The position numbers and the translations under genes were made by a program. Positions 55,690 through 64,000 of a DNA stretch of 64,000 nucleotides are shown piece after piece. The notes beneath the pieces are model-generated. The model searched no databases and had not been told where the DNA came from. It saw only the letters and a list, made by a program, of their open reading frames with translations. This stretch comes from an uncultured Candidatus Actinomarina sp. (GTDB lineage: Bacteria > Actinomycetota > Acidimicrobiia > Actinomarinales > Actinomarinaceae): NCBI GenBank assembly GCA_902565645.1, contig CACFFJ010000002.1, positions 39,105 to 103,104 on the forward strand, read 5' to 3'. Position 1 is the first letter of the stretch. Every line of letters begins with the position of its first letter.

Positions 55690-57006
55690 TCAAGTAAAAC
55701 TAATTGTTTTTAACTTATTGTCGAAAGTGTTGATTTCATTTAAAAACAAAGAAGAAGCAGCGGTTTTCTTCAAACAAGACAAGACAGTAGAGTGAGAACG
55801 ACCACCAAGAAAGAGGCCTATTTGAGAAAGAGAAAGGTCGGTGTGTTTTCTCAACAAAGCAATACACAAATGTCTAGCTCCACTAACAGGAGCACTCCTG
55901 TTTTTAGAAACAACCAATTTTTTATCTACCTGATAAACACCCGAAGCATAATCTAAGATAAAATCAGGTGTTAGGTAGGCTGTTGTATTTTTCTTAGCCT
56001 CCGAAACAAGATTAACGATATACCCCGAGTTACCAACACCGGTTTGTTTGTTTATTACAAGATTGTTCACAATACCATTAATATCTCTAAAACTACTAAC
56101 CTCTACAAGAAGAAGGTCTGAAATTTCTTTTTTTGTTAACAAAACACCACCGTGCTCTTTGTTTTTTTGATTCAACATTGTTTCAAACATTTCTTGGTCT
56201 GGTTTACCTATGTCGGTAACTAAACCGTTTAAAACTCTAGATATTAACCTTTCTGGAAAACCAAGGAGGTTTTGAGGTTTTTGATCAGAGACCAAGACAA
56301 CAGCCTTGTTGTTGTTTAAAAAATAATTAATTGTATGAAACAACTCTTCCGAAACACCCTTCTTTCCGACAAAGAACTGTATGTCATCTATTAACAAAAC
56401 ATCAACAGAGCGAATTTTGTTCTTAAATAAATCAATGTCTTTATTTTTAATTCCGCTTATATAAGACTCTAGAAACGACTCTGAATCTATATAATATGAA
56501 GACCCGGAAGACTCTTCCATTGTTTTTAATAAATGTGTTTTACCGACACCGGGGTCACCATGGACAAAAAGAGGGTTAAACCTTTTTCCAGGTTCGATAA
56601 CAATGTTTTTAGCAGCAGTTACAGCTAAATTATTAGAGACACCAACTAAAAGGTTTTCAAAAACAGAAAGATCTGCGGACTTCTTTTTAGGAGAAAACAC
56701 CTCCTCCTTGTAAACAACTTCATCTTTAACTTCATCCACAAAAGACAAATTTTTATTTACAGATTTATTTTTTTTGTCTAAAACAAAAACACAATCATCA
56801 TAACCACTAACGTCTTTATAAACACTCTTAATTGTTTTAAAAAGCTTCTTTTCTATTGAGCTTTTAACAAAATCAGAATCTACATATAAACTAAGTTCTT
56901 TTCCGTTGTTTGTTCTAAAACTAACCTGGTCCAACCAATATTTATCAGTCTTAGAAAGCGGTTCTTCTAAAATTTTTTCTTTAAAATCTAAAAGCTTTTG
57001 ATTCAC
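55690..57006 (-). CDS. dnaA: chromosomal replication initiator DnaA
   Basis: AAA+ Walker A GDPGVGKTHLL, sensor motifs, C-terminal HTH DNA-binding domain (...RSHSTVLSCLKK); 438 aa. Confidence 0.95.
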   Translation of the reverse strand: MNQKLLDFKEKILEEPLSKTDKYWLDQVSFRTNNGKELSLYVDSDFVKSSIEKKLFKTIKSVYKDVSGYDDCVFVLDKKNKSVNKNLSFVDEVKDEVVYKEEVFSPKKKSADLSVFENLLVGVSNNLAVTAAKNIVIEPGKRFNPLFVHGDPGVGKTHLLKTMEESSGSSYYIDSESFLESYISGIKNKDIDLFKNKIRSVDVLLIDDIQFFVGKKGVSEELFHTINYFLNNNKAVVLVSDQKPQNLLGFPERLISRVLNGLVTDIGKPDQEMFETMLNQKNKEHGGVLLTKKEISDLLLVEVSSFRDINGIVNNLVINKQTGVGNSGYIVNLVSEAKKNTTAYLTPDFILDYASGVYQVDKKLVVSKNRSAPVSGARHLCIALLRKHTDLSLSQIGLFLGGRSHSTVLSCLKKTAASSLFLNEINTFDNKLKTISFT

Positions 57007-57277
57007 AATGTTAACAATTTAATTTGTTATTAAAAAAAACAACAGAGTGGTAAAAGTAAACTAATTTCTATACAAAACAATAAAAAATGAAAAAAACCCT
57101 TAAAAACATAAGGAATTTGTATAAATTTCTAGATAATCACAGGTAAGAATAGATGATTATTAAATACTAGTTAATTTAATTTTCGCGAGGCAAGGTTGTT
57201 TTTCACACACCAAAATAAAAAATTTATTTTGTTTGTTTATATAATTAATTCTTTTATTGTGATTAGACAGGAAAAAA
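57007..57277. other. putative oriC segment (AT-rich dnaA-rpmH intergenic region with inverted TAATCACA DnaA-box-like elements)
   Basis: ~270-bp spacer, >75% AT. Box-like 8-mers TAATCACA at 57134-57141 and, reverse-complemented, at 57258-57265 (2 mismatches to TTATCCACA). An A/T-run DUE-like tract lies at 57215-57255. Confidence 0.45.
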
Positions 57278-57412
57278 ATGAAAAGAACTTACCAACCTAG
57301 TAATAGAAAAAGAAGCAGAAAACACGGTTTTAGAACAAGAATGCGCACCAGAGCTGGAAGAGAGATCCTTAAAAGAAGAAGAAGCAAAGGTCGCAAAGTT
57401 CTTTCTGCATAA
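57278..57412 (+). CDS. rpmH: 50S ribosomal protein L34
   Basis: [44 protein letters not shown] (44 aa); canonical L34; not in the ORF track because it is shorter than 60 aa. Confidence 0.9.
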   Translation: MKRTYQPSNRKRSRKHGFRTRMRTRAGREILKRRRSKGRKVLSA

Positions 57413-57417
57413 TTTAG

Positions 57418-57735
57418 TTGGTAAGCTTTACTACTTTTAAAAACAAAAAGCATTTTTTAGACCTGAGAAAAGAAGAAAATTGTTTAACTGAAAAAGGTTT
57501 AAGAGTTTACATAGACAAGAATAGCGGCAGCAAAACAAGGCTTGCAGTTAGTATTTCTAAAACAGAAGCAAACTCAGTTAAACGAAACAAATTTAGAAGA
57601 AAGATTAAAGAGGTTGTTCGGGGAATAGAAAAAGAAGGAGCATATGATATTTATATAGTTGGAATAAGAAAAGCAACAATTCTTAGCTTTTCCGAGCTTA
57701 ATGAAATCATAAGATCCCACCCAAAACTAAGTTAA
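57418..57735 (+). CDS. rnpA: ribonuclease P protein component
   Basis: Basic ~105-aa protein directly after rpmH, with the RNR-like basic motif KRNKFRRKIKE. Confidence 0.8.
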   Translation: MVSFTTFKNKKHFLDLRKEENCLTEKGLRVYIDKNSGSKTRLAVSISKTEANSVKRNKFRRKIKEVVRGIEKEGAYDIYIVGIRKATILSFSELNEIIRSHPKLS

Positions 57736-57739
57736 AAAA

Positions 57740-57952
57740 ATGAATTTAAAAAGTCTACTTTATTCAGCACTAAGATTGCTGGTTGGTTTTTTTGGTTTAG
57801 GCCAAGGAAACTGCATGTACTACCCAACATGCTCTTCAGTTATTTCGGAAGAAATTGACGAAAAAGGGATTATTGGATCAATATATTTAATTACTTACAG
57901 GGCCTATATTTGTAATCCTATATATAGAAAGTTTGGTAAAATTTGGCAATAA
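57740..57952 (+). CDS. yidD: membrane protein insertion efficiency factor YidD
   Basis: 70 aa with CMYYPTCSS (compare C-R-F-x-P-[ST]-C-S); between rnpA and yidC. Confidence 0.8.
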   Translation: MNLKSLLYSALRLLVGFFGLGQGNCMYYPTCSSVISEEIDEKGIIGSIYLITYRAYICNPIYRKFGKIWQ

Positions 57953-58764
57953 TCGAGCCCTTCGCACTAGCTATAGGATTTTTACTTTCCTACATTCACG
58001 ACTACGTTAACTCTTACGGAGTTTCTATAGTCATATTAACCGTAATAATTAACATAATCATTTTCCCCTTAACCCTAAGACAAACAAGATCAACAAAAAG
58101 AATGCAGGACGCCCAGCCCGAGCTTAAAAGACTTCAGAAGCAATACAGAGACAACAAAGAAGAGCTAAACAAAAAGGTTGCAGAATATTACAAAGAAAAT
58201 GGAATAAATCCACTTGGATGTGTTGTTCCTCTTTTAGTTCAAATGCCTGTTTGGTTTGCCTTATTCAGAGTACTAAGAGAGCCACTTTTATTTATTCCTA
58301 AAGAAGCAACTCTTTTCTCAAAACTTCAAGATCCATTAAGTGTTTTGTTCTACGGAATGGACCTACAGGTTCCCGCTTCTCAAATTAACACATGGACAGA
58401 AAGGGCACCCTACATACTTTTAATATTATTAGTTGTTGGCACAGCACTAATACAGCAAAATCAACTAACTAAAAAACAACCAAAATCAAACAACCCACAA
58501 CAACAACAAATGCAAATGATAGGAAAAGTAATGCCTTTGTTTTTTGGTTTTATTTCCTGGACGCTCCCATCTGGTTTGGTTGTTTATTTTCTAACAGGAA
58601 ACATATTTAGAATTGGGCAGCAAGCCCTAATAGTTAAGCTTGATGAAAACCAGGCAAACGAAGAAAAGAAAGAAAACGAGAAGAAAAAAACAGAAGAAGA
58701 AAACACAGAAGGACCAATAATCGATGATTCTCGTAAAAAAAGAAAAAAAAGAAGGAGAAAGTAA
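57943..58764 (+). CDS. yidC: membrane protein insertase YidC/Oxa1 (short Gram-positive type) with basic C-terminal tail
   Basis: GVSIVILTVIINIIIFPLTLRQTRSTKRMQDAQPELKRLQKQY... matches the YidC core TM2-TM3 region; lysine/arginine-rich C-terminus. Confidence 0.85.
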   Translation: MAIIEPFALAIGFLLSYIHDYVNSYGVSIVILTVIINIIIFPLTLRQTRSTKRMQDAQPELKRLQKQYRDNKEELNKKVAEYYKENGINPLGCVVPLLVQMPVWFALFRVLREPLLFIPKEATLFSKLQDPLSVLFYGMDLQVPASQINTWTERAPYILLILLVVGTALIQQNQLTKKQPKSNNPQQQQMQMIGKVMPLFFGFISWTLPSGLVVYFLTGNIFRIGQQALIVKLDENQANEEKKENEKKKTEEENTEGPIIDDSRKKRKKRRRK

Positions 58765-59519
58765 TGCCTAATAAATGGGTAGAAGTAGAAGCAAAAACAA
58801 TAGATGATGCAATAAAAGCAGGCCTAAACGAACTACAACTAGACGACGCAACTGAGGCAGACATAAACGTATTAAGACAGCCAGAAGGAGGGGTTTTTGG
58901 TGTAGGTGGAATAAAAGCTTTGGTGAGAATTTCTGTTAGAAACGGTTACAAAAACAAAGGAAAAAGATACCAAGGGAAAAACAGAAGATATGAGAAAAAA
59001 GAAAGACAAAGCAGGAAAAGTGAACCAAGGAAACCAAAAATAGAAGCAGACCCAAAGAAGCAATTAGATGTTTCAGTCAATTTCTTAGAGGGCATGATAA
59101 AGTCTTTTGGCCTGGAAGGTACGGTTAAAGGAACCACAGAAGAAGAAAACCTAGTTGTTAGTGTGTCTGGAGAGCAAACAGAAGCACTTGTTGGTGAAAA
59201 AGGAAGCATTATTAGAGCATTACACGAACTAACCAGAACAGTAATACAGAGAAAAACAGGAGCTGGAACAAGGCTTAGACTAGACGTTGCAGAATACGGG
59301 AAAAAAAGAAAAGAAGCTTTAACAATATACGCTGAAAGGTTAACAAATCAAATACTTGAAGACGGGCAAGAGGTTATGTTAGAGCCAATGAATTCTGTTG
59401 ATAGAAAAACACTACACGACGCTGTCACAAATATAGATGGGATTAGGTCTTATTCGGAAGGAAGAGAGCCGTATAGGTCTGTTGTTTTTGCTCCAAACAA
59501 CAAAACAGAAGAAGAATGA
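58764..59519 (+). CDS. jag: Jag/KhpB (EloR)-like RNA-binding protein (Jag-N, KH, R3H)
   Basis: Position after yidC, a basic linker, a KH-like GEKGSIIRAL segment and a C-terminal R3H-like block (MNSVDRKTLHDAV). Confidence 0.7.
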   Translation: MPNKWVEVEAKTIDDAIKAGLNELQLDDATEADINVLRQPEGGVFGVGGIKALVRISVRNGYKNKGKRYQGKNRRYEKKERQSRKSEPRKPKIEADPKKQLDVSVNFLEGMIKSFGLEGTVKGTTEEENLVVSVSGEQTEALVGEKGSIIRALHELTRTVIQRKTGAGTRLRLDVAEYGKKRKEALTIYAERLTNQILEDGQEVMLEPMNSVDRKTLHDAVTNIDGIRSYSEGREPYRSVVFAPNNKTEEE

Positions 59520-60121
59520 ACTATATCCCCCAGATACCAAAATGGGGCGAAGAATACATAGAAAAAAAACTATACGAGCTTACCCACTACCATGAATGGC
59601 TTACTTCAACAGGCATCAAAGCTGGATTAATTAGCTCAAAGGACGAACAGGCAATATGGGACGAATTTATTGTTCACTCGCTATATTTTGCAAAAATTAT
59701 TGAAAATCTTCAGGAAAAAAAAGAGCAAATTGTTGACTTAGGAACAGGAGCTGGAATACCCGGTATACCAATATCGATAGTTAGAAACGAAAAAGTAACA
59801 CTTGTTGACAATAAAAAAACAAGAATATTTGAACTTGAAAGACTAATAACAACAAACTCACTAAAAAATGTTGTTGCTAAACAAGAAAATGCGACAAAAC
59901 TAATGAAATCATATGAAAACTCTATATTTACACTAAGGTGCTATATTTCCTCTTCAAACCTTATTAAAAACCTCTCGAAACCAATAAAAAGCAATATATA
60001 CTTAGTTTCTTCAAGTGAGAAAAACAGTTTAACATCTAGCGAAATGTTTCACGTGAAACAAGAAAAATTTCTTATTAATAAAAACGAATATAGGTTTATT
60101 GATGTTATAACAGTTAGGTGA
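59516..60121 (+). CDS. rsmG: 16S rRNA (guanine527-N7)-methyltransferase RsmG (GidB)
   Basis: SAM-binding DLGTGAGIPGIPI motif; 201 aa; position between jag and parA. Confidence 0.8.
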   Translation: MNYIPQIPKWGEEYIEKKLYELTHYHEWLTSTGIKAGLISSKDEQAIWDEFIVHSLYFAKIIENLQEKKEQIVDLGTGAGIPGIPISIVRNEKVTLVDNKKTRIFELERLITTNSLKNVVAKQENATKLMKSYENSIFTLRCYISSSNLIKNLSKPIKSNIYLVSSSEKNSLTSSEMFHVKQEKFLINKNEYRFIDVITVR

Positions 60122-60888
60122 AACTAATTTCAATAGTTTGCCAAAAAGGCGGCGTAGGAAAAACAACAATTGTAGTTAATTTATCTTCTATGTTTTCGAA
60201 AAAAGGCTATAAAACCCTTCTCATAGATCTAGACCCACAAGGCAACGTATCGACATATTTAAATTTTGATAAAAACAGAGAAGATATAACAAATAGCACA
60301 AATCTTTTTGAAAACACAAAAAAGATAAACCCAGGGTACCTTGATGAAAATTATTATTTGATTCCATCAAACATTAAAATTTCTAAACACAACGAAGAAA
60401 AAATAGCTGCAGGTTCTAAATTAAAAAAACTTAAAGAAGAAGGAGTTTTTAATGATTATGACATTGTTTTTGTAGACACACCCCCAACAATGAGTTCTTT
60501 GGTTCAAGAAGCAATTGTTTTTTCAGATTTTTATCTAATACCAACAAAAGCAGAATTCCTAGCAATAGAAGGAGTGGGTCAAGCAATGGAATTCGCTAAC
60601 ACGACCTTAAAAACCACACCAAACACAAACCCTGTTTTTTTAGGTGTGGTTTTAAACCAAATATTTGAGGAAACAGATAGTCATAAAGATTTTGTAAATG
60701 AATTAAATGAAATATTAGGAGAAAAACTATTGAAAACAAAAATTCCACACAAAACAGAAATTGCTGAAAGCCCACTTTACGCAAAAACTGTGATAGATTT
60801 TAATGAGGACGAAGAAATCTTCTCTGTTTTTAGTGATTTAGCAGAAGAAATAAAAGAAAGAATAGGTTTAAATGAAAAGAGCACTTAG
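60118..60888 (+). CDS. parA: chromosome partitioning ATPase ParA (Soj)
   Basis: Deviant Walker A QKGGVGKTT; 256 aa; upstream of parB. Confidence 0.85.
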   Translation: MKLISIVCQKGGVGKTTIVVNLSSMFSKKGYKTLLIDLDPQGNVSTYLNFDKNREDITNSTNLFENTKKINPGYLDENYYLIPSNIKISKHNEEKIAAGSKLKKLKEEGVFNDYDIVFVDTPPTMSSLVQEAIVFSDFYLIPTKAEFLAIEGVGQAMEFANTTLKTTPNTNPVFLGVVLNQIFEETDSHKDFVNELNEILGEKLLKTKIPHKTEIAESPLYAKTVIDFNEDEEIFSVFSDLAEEIKERIGLNEKST

Positions 60889-61672
60889 TTCATTAATCCC
60901 AGAATCAGAAGACCTTGCATTTAAATTAATTGAAATTGACATTCAAAAGATACAGAAGGGTAAAAACCAGGCGCGAACAAAATTCGATAATGAAAAACTA
61001 TCGGAACTAAGTGATTCAATTTCTAGAAACGGTATCTTACAACCACTAATAGTTCAAAAGATTAACGAAAACACTTATGAATTAATTGCGGGAGAGAGAA
61101 GGTTAAGAGCTGCCAACCTAGCTGCCTTAAAAACCGTACCATGTCTAATTAAAGAAGTTAAACCAAAGGATGCAGCTGTTATTGGGTTGGTTGAAAATGT
61201 ACAAAGAAGCCAACTTAATTCTATTGATGAAGCAAACGCATACAGTAAGTTAATTGACGAACACAGCCTAACCCCAAAAGAGGTAGGCTTACTTGTAGGA
61301 AAAAGTAGATCATACGTTTCTAACCTTCTAAGACTTTCAAAGCTTAGTGAAAAAGTTAGACAGTCTATTAAAGATGAGGTTGTTACGATGGGGCAAATCA
61401 AACCACTTATAAATCTTGATCAGCAAACACAAGAAAAGATTCTTTTAGAGATAATAAACCTTAACCTATCTAGTAGAGATGTCGAGGAAAAGGTAAGACT
61501 AATAACAAGCAAAGAGAGAGAAGGATCAGAAGAGCTTTTACACTACAAAGATTTATTTGAAGACAAAACTGGCTCTAAGGCCGAAATAAAAAAGACTAAA
61601 AACAAATATAAAGTTGTTTTAAATTTTATGTCAGAAGATGCTCTAAAAAACTTTATTAAAAGAATTGATTAA
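60872..61672 (+). CDS. parB: chromosome partitioning protein ParB (Spo0J)
   Basis: ParB box GERRLRAA, HTH (TPKEVGLLVGKSRSYVSNLLRL); 266 aa. Confidence 0.85.
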   Translation: MKRALSSLIPESEDLAFKLIEIDIQKIQKGKNQARTKFDNEKLSELSDSISRNGILQPLIVQKINENTYELIAGERRLRAANLAALKTVPCLIKEVKPKDAAVIGLVENVQRSQLNSIDEANAYSKLIDEHSLTPKEVGLLVGKSRSYVSNLLRLSKLSEKVRQSIKDEVVTMGQIKPLINLDQQTQEKILLEIINLNLSSRDVEEKVRLITSKEREGSEELLHYKDLFEDKTGSKAEIKKTKNKYKVVLNFMSEDALKNFIKRID

Positions 61673-62544
61673 TTTTGGAAACGTTTATTCAAGAGCTTAA
61701 ATAAAAAATTTAACAACTCAGAAATTTTTTCAATTTGGTAAAAATTACCATTTATTGTAATTGAAACAGATTTAGTATTTTTTAACAAATCTGATGCTCT
61801 TCCAACAACTTTAACCCCAAGTTTCTTACCAAGTTCTTCGCTTAACTCTTTACCAACTTCACTTTCTGAAAAAGTGCCTTTAAAGTATTCAATTAAATTT
61901 TCTTCAGACCTTTTAAAACAAAGAAACAAAACAGGCTGCTTATTATTCACATAATTTATAATATTTTTTTCATCTAAATCTTCACCAACCTCCGATGCAA
62001 AAGAAGCTATGATATTTTTCTTAATACAAACTGATTTTATTTCTTCATATACTTTAAGTTGATCTTTATAGCTACCAGAATTCGGCACCACAAAAGAAAC
62101 AGAATACCCAAGGCTTCCCGTAAGAAAACTTGGAGAAATTGTTTTCAATGCTTCATTTAAGGACGTATTAAGCCCAGGTCTCAAGCTTCTTTTTATTTCT
62201 TTAATTGTATTTAAGCCAACCGTTCCATCTACATCTAACCCCCTATTTTCTTGAAACTTAATTACAGAAGAAACGACATCTTTTGAAAAAATTCCATTTA
62301 TAGGTTCAGAGTAAAACCCCAACCTAGAGAGAAGTTCCTGCAGTTCTTCTATGTCTGAACCCCAAAGTTCCGGGTTTGTTTTTGTAAGAATCCTGTCCCC
62401 AAGCTTGTACCCGTAGTTAACAAGCTCAACCCAAAGAGCTTCTTTAGTTGTGATGTTTTGGAGGTTTCTATCCTCTAGAAATAGCACCAATGAGGACTTT
62501 AATTCATCAAAATCTTCTGATGACGAATATCCAACATAAGCCAA
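61669..62544 (-). CDS. peptidoglycan-binding-domain protein (possible CwlM-like cell-wall protein)
   Basis: PG_binding_1-like motif LQELLSRLGFYSEPINGIFSKDVVSSVIKFQENRGLDVDGTVGLNTIKEI. The locus parB / PG-binding protein / trxB parallels the mycobacterial parB-cwlM-trxB arrangement. The C-terminal domain is unassigned. Confidence 0.4.
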   Translation of the reverse strand: MAYVGYSSSEDFDELKSSLVLFLEDRNLQNITTKEALWVELVNYGYKLGDRILTKTNPELWGSDIEELQELLSRLGFYSEPINGIFSKDVVSSVIKFQENRGLDVDGTVGLNTIKEIKRSLRPGLNTSLNEALKTISPSFLTGSLGYSVSFVVPNSGSYKDQLKVYEEIKSVCIKKNIIASFASEVGEDLDEKNIINYVNNKQPVLFLCFKRSEENLIEYFKGTFSESEVGKELSEELGKKLGVKVVGRASDLLKNTKSVSITINGNFYQIEKISELLNFLFKLLNKRFQN

Positions 62545-62608
62545 CCTTTCTTTAAGATCATTAATTTCAATCTTTGATAGGTTTTCTACAAAAGAAAGAG
62601 AGCTAAGA

Positions 62609-63523
62609 CTAATGATCTAGCCACCTTTCGGCATCGATAGCGGCTTGACACCCGGTACCAGCAGCAGTAACTGCTTGCCTATAAACAGAATCAGCAACAT
62701 CTCCAGCAGCAAAAATACCAGGGACAGAAGTGCTTGTGTCGGTTGAGTATCCGGTTTTAATATATCCTTTGTCATCAAGTTCAACAAGGCCATTTAAAAA
62801 ATCAACATTTGGAGTATGACCGATTGCCATGAAGACACCATCAATCTTTAAACTATCACCCGAGCCATCTAGTGTGTTCTTAAGCTTTACAGACTCAACC
62901 TTCCCACTACCATTGATTTCTGTAACTTCACTATTCCAAAGAATCTCAATTTTTTCATTTTTCATGACCCTGTCTTGCATAATTTTGCTTGCCCTAAAGG
63001 CATCTCTTCGGTGAACGATGTAAACTTTTTTAGCGAACTTTGTTAAAAACAAGGCTTCCTCCATTGCAGAATCTCCACCCCCCACAACAACAACATCCTT
63101 TTCCTTAAAAAAGAATCCATCACAAGTTGCACAAGCAGAGACACCGTGTCCTTGAAGCTCTTTTTCTCCACCAACCCCCAACCATTTAGCTGAAGCCCCT
63201 GATGAAATAATTACAGACTTAAATTCATACGTTTCTTTTGAGCTTGTTAGCTTAAAGCCTCCCTCTATTGCTTCTATTGATTTAATTGTTTCTGCCTTCA
63301 TTTGTGTTCCAAATTTTTCTGCTTGTTTTTTAAATATCTGCATTAAATCAGGCCCCATGACACCAGAGTCAAATCCCGGATAATTTTCCACATCAGTTGT
63401 CAACATTAATTGACCGCCCGATTCGAGGCCTTCAAAAAGTATAGGTTCTAAACTTGCCCTCGAAGCATAAATTCCCGCTGTATAACCAGCAGGACCAGAA
63501 CCAACAATTGCTAAGTTATGCAC
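62609..63523 (-). CDS. trxB: thioredoxin-disulfide reductase
   Basis: IVGSGPAGYTAGIYA FAD motif, redox-active CATC, GGGDSAMEEA NADPH motif; 304 aa. Confidence 0.9.
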   Translation of the reverse strand: MHNLAIVGSGPAGYTAGIYASRASLEPILFEGLESGGQLMLTTDVENYPGFDSGVMGPDLMQIFKKQAEKFGTQMKAETIKSIEAIEGGFKLTSSKETYEFKSVIISSGASAKWLGVGGEKELQGHGVSACATCDGFFFKEKDVVVVGGGDSAMEEALFLTKFAKKVYIVHRRDAFRASKIMQDRVMKNEKIEILWNSEVTEINGSGKVESVKLKNTLDGSGDSLKIDGVFMAIGHTPNVDFLNGLVELDDKGYIKTGYSTDTSTSVPGIFAAGDVADSVYRQAVTAAGTGCQAAIDAERWLDH

Positions 63524-63818
63524 TACCCCTCCGTATGTAGTTTTTTATAGACAAGAACAAGAATACAAGACCCAAAGCCCCCAAAGCAAAACCAGAAGGA
63601 TTTACACCAAGCATTACACCAAGCCCTTGCATAATTTTAATTATTCCAATAAACAAAAAAACTAAAGAAGTCAATAAAAGAACAACCAGCAACAAACCAA
63701 GACTTGCAAAACCCGTAAAGCGCTGAATAGGCTTTACAATTAGATCTTTTATTGTTTTGATCAGACCGTCTACCGACTCTATAAAACCATCTTCTTCCAT
63801 ATTGTTATGATAAGCCAT
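63516..63818 (-). CDS. hypothetical membrane protein (two TM helices)
   Basis: 100-aa ORF overlapping the trxB start by 8 nt; hydrophobic core; no family recognised. Confidence 0.3.
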   Translation of the reverse strand: MAYHNNMEEDGFIESVDGLIKTIKDLIVKPIQRFTGFASLGLLLVVLLLTSLVFLFIGIIKIMQGLGVMLGVNPSGFALGALGLVFLFLSIKNYIRRGSA

Positions 63819-64000
63819 GTAAGTTTATTGTTGTACCTCTTTACCCTTGCTTATCACCTACTGAGCCCATTATCACAAGCTTTTTTTCCAGAACTTCAAA
63901 TGTATTGTTTGTGTAGAGACTCAAAGCTGCTTGATTAGTGCTTTGTGTGTTTAGTTTCATTTTTTTAAAATTTTTTGCTTTAGCAAAAGACAAAATATAG

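Noticed and set aside
63841-63960. 39-aa minus-strand ORF (MKLNTQSTNQAALSLYTNNTFEVLEKKLVIMGSVGDKQG) upstream of the trxB-adjacent membrane protein
   Set aside because: It is short, has no RBS or recognisable family, sits at the window edge, and cannot be distinguished from a chance ORF in AT-rich DNA.

Overview
This window covers the chromosomal replication origin of an AT-rich, streamlined actinobacterium; I estimate roughly one-third GC by eye from visible stretches. Actinobacterial markers present are crgA, ribosomal protein bS22, a PAC2-family protein, a DUF3566-like gene after gyrA, the pstP-pknB pair, the ask-asd operon and a Ser/Arg tRNA cluster next to tadA.

Core origin genes on the minus strand are dnaA, dnaN, a small DUF721-position ORF, gyrB and gyrA, with no recF. 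On the plus strand downstream run rpmH, rnpA, yidD, yidC, jag, rsmG, parA and parB. Housekeeping content also includes a frameshifted copZ-copA, dcd, murJ, dnaX, a dGTPase, serS, a type II NADH dehydrogenase, pfk, trxB, a family-4 UDG and a MutY-like glycosylase.

Features that stand out:
- A SelW/Rdx-family gene with an in-frame TGA in the CxxU redox motif and a hairpin 11 nt downstream, i.e. a candidate selenoprotein.
- A six-gene minus-strand operon in which a MacB-type ABC exporter and its HlyD-like adaptor are flanked by three paralogous small secreted proteins, each built from two copies of a ~55-aa two-cysteine module. The same module appears at the N-terminus of two large secreted proteins in a tRNA-Ala/tRNA-Ile-flanked patch.
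- A compositionally foreign, GC-richer gene for a secreted HExxH protein with PDPAPVVADP repeats, abutting the tRNA-Arg/Ser cluster.
- A TPP riboswitch controlling a sodium:solute symporter (ThiV-like) and a cobalamin riboswitch upstream of a BtuF-like binding protein.
- Two single-base frameshifts in homopolymer runs, in copA and in a PHP-domain gene.
- A GyrA with an N-terminal AKKP-repeat tail.

No rRNA genes, CRISPR arrays, transposases or integrases were seen.
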